DNA of 64,000 nucleotides from Moraxella sp. TY6 (GTDB lineage Bacteria; Pseudomonadota; Gammaproteobacteria; Pseudomonadales; Moraxellaceae): NCBI RefSeq assembly GCF_048551375.1, contig NZ_JBLYZJ010000006.1, positions 80,051 to 144,050 of the forward strand, read 5' to 3'. Shown piece by piece: positions 63,183 to 64,000 of this stretch (position 1 is its first letter; each line of letters starts with the position of its first letter). The notes under the pieces were generated by a model. It saw only the letters and a program-made list of their open reading frames with translations, ran no database searches and was not told where the DNA came from. The position numbers and the translations under genes were made by a program.

Positions 63183-64000
63183 TATGACTCACCTTGACCA
63201 AGACGCTACCAATCCTTCCCCCATCATACCCAATTCAAACAATGCCCACCATTTTGACGTGGTGATTGTCGGCAGTGGCGGTGCAGGTCTGACGTTGGCG
63301 TTATCTTTGCCAAGCCACCTCAACATTGCGGTACTTGCCAAAGACAAACTCACCGAAGCCAGTACCTTTTATGCTCAAGGCGGTGTGGCGGCGGTGCTGT
63401 CGGATGATGATTCGGTCGATGAACACGTCAGTGATACGCTGATTGCAGGGGCTGGGCTATGTCATGCCGATGCGGTGCGGTTTACCGTTGAGCATAGCCG
63501 TGAGGCGGTGGAGTTCTTGTTAAAACAAGGTGTCAAATTTACCCTTGATGAAAATGAAACCTTGCATCTGACTCGTGAGGGCGGTCACACCAAACGCCGT
63601 ATCATCCACGCTGCCGATGCGACAGGGGTGGCGATTTCGACTACCTTGGTGAAACGTGTCAAACAATGCCCGAATGTTAAGCTATTTGAATATGTCACGG
63701 CGATTGATGTCATCACCACCAATAAACTTGCTAAACTTGCCGATGCCCCTATCAGCGAAACCAACCGTGCGGTGGGCTTGTATGCGTTGGATTTGCAAAC
63801 CAATCAAGTGATGACCTTTGTTGCCCCATTTGTCGCCCTTGCGTGTGGCGGTGCGTCAAAAGCTTATCTTTATACCTCAAATCCCGATATCGCCACAGGT
63901 GATGGCATTGCGATGGCATGGCGTGCAGGTTGCCGAGTGGCAAACCTTGAGTTTAACCAATTTCACCCAACTTGCCTATATCACCCAGAGGCACGTTCGT
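63183..64000 (+). CDS. nadB: L-aspartate oxidase, N-terminal part (3' end outside window)
   Basis: FDVVIVGSGGAGLTLAL FAD fold, RHTVAA-like region HTKRRIIHAADATG; open to window end. Confidence 0.85.

Overview
The window looks like a chromosomal segment from a Moraxellaceae-type gammaproteobacterium (Moraxella/Psychrobacter-like, about 40-48% GC in core genes); this is inferred from gene content and repeat style, not from a search. Conserved housekeeping genes form the backbone. On the + strand: sdaA fragment, miaE-like, arcD-arcA-arcB-arcC (arginine deiminase pathway), purE, carA...carB-greA-argG, serB, nadB fragment. On the - strand: ppk, mtgA, nagZ, queF, an ABC-2 exporter, cytochrome c, flotillin/NfeD, a rhomboid protease, two UbiH-family hydroxylases, purC and dapA. 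Several AT-rich accessory modules, most of which look like phage-defence or toxin cassettes, are embedded in this backbone. (1) A co-directional 12-kb array at 22.1-34.4 kb ends in a 2001-aa AAA_5/MoxR-like giant ATPase. Immediately upstream of it, 18 bp away, is a very low-GC gene for a DUF4062-like protein. Further upstream are a double zinc-ribbon protein, a split RhuM-Fic/Doc pair and a flotillin-NfeD operon. (2) A translationally coupled ABC-ATPase plus TOPRIM-like pair lies at 15.2-17.0 kb and resembles PARIS AriA/AriB. (3) A 1042-aa HD + GHKL-ATPase protein with an extremely AT-rich C-terminal half is inserted between two ubiH paralogs. (4) A 3-kb island is wedged between carA and carB. 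It holds a PRTase + DprA/SLOG pair (ShosTA-like) and an AAA_21 ATPase + PIN-nuclease pair. At least four families of small intergenic hairpin or MITE-like repeats occur; the arcA-arcB spacer alone holds three of them. A 4x tandem decamer sits upstream of arcD. No rRNA, tRNA, CRISPR array, transposase or integrase gene was recognised. All family assignments come from motif recognition by eye and need HMM or structure confirmation.
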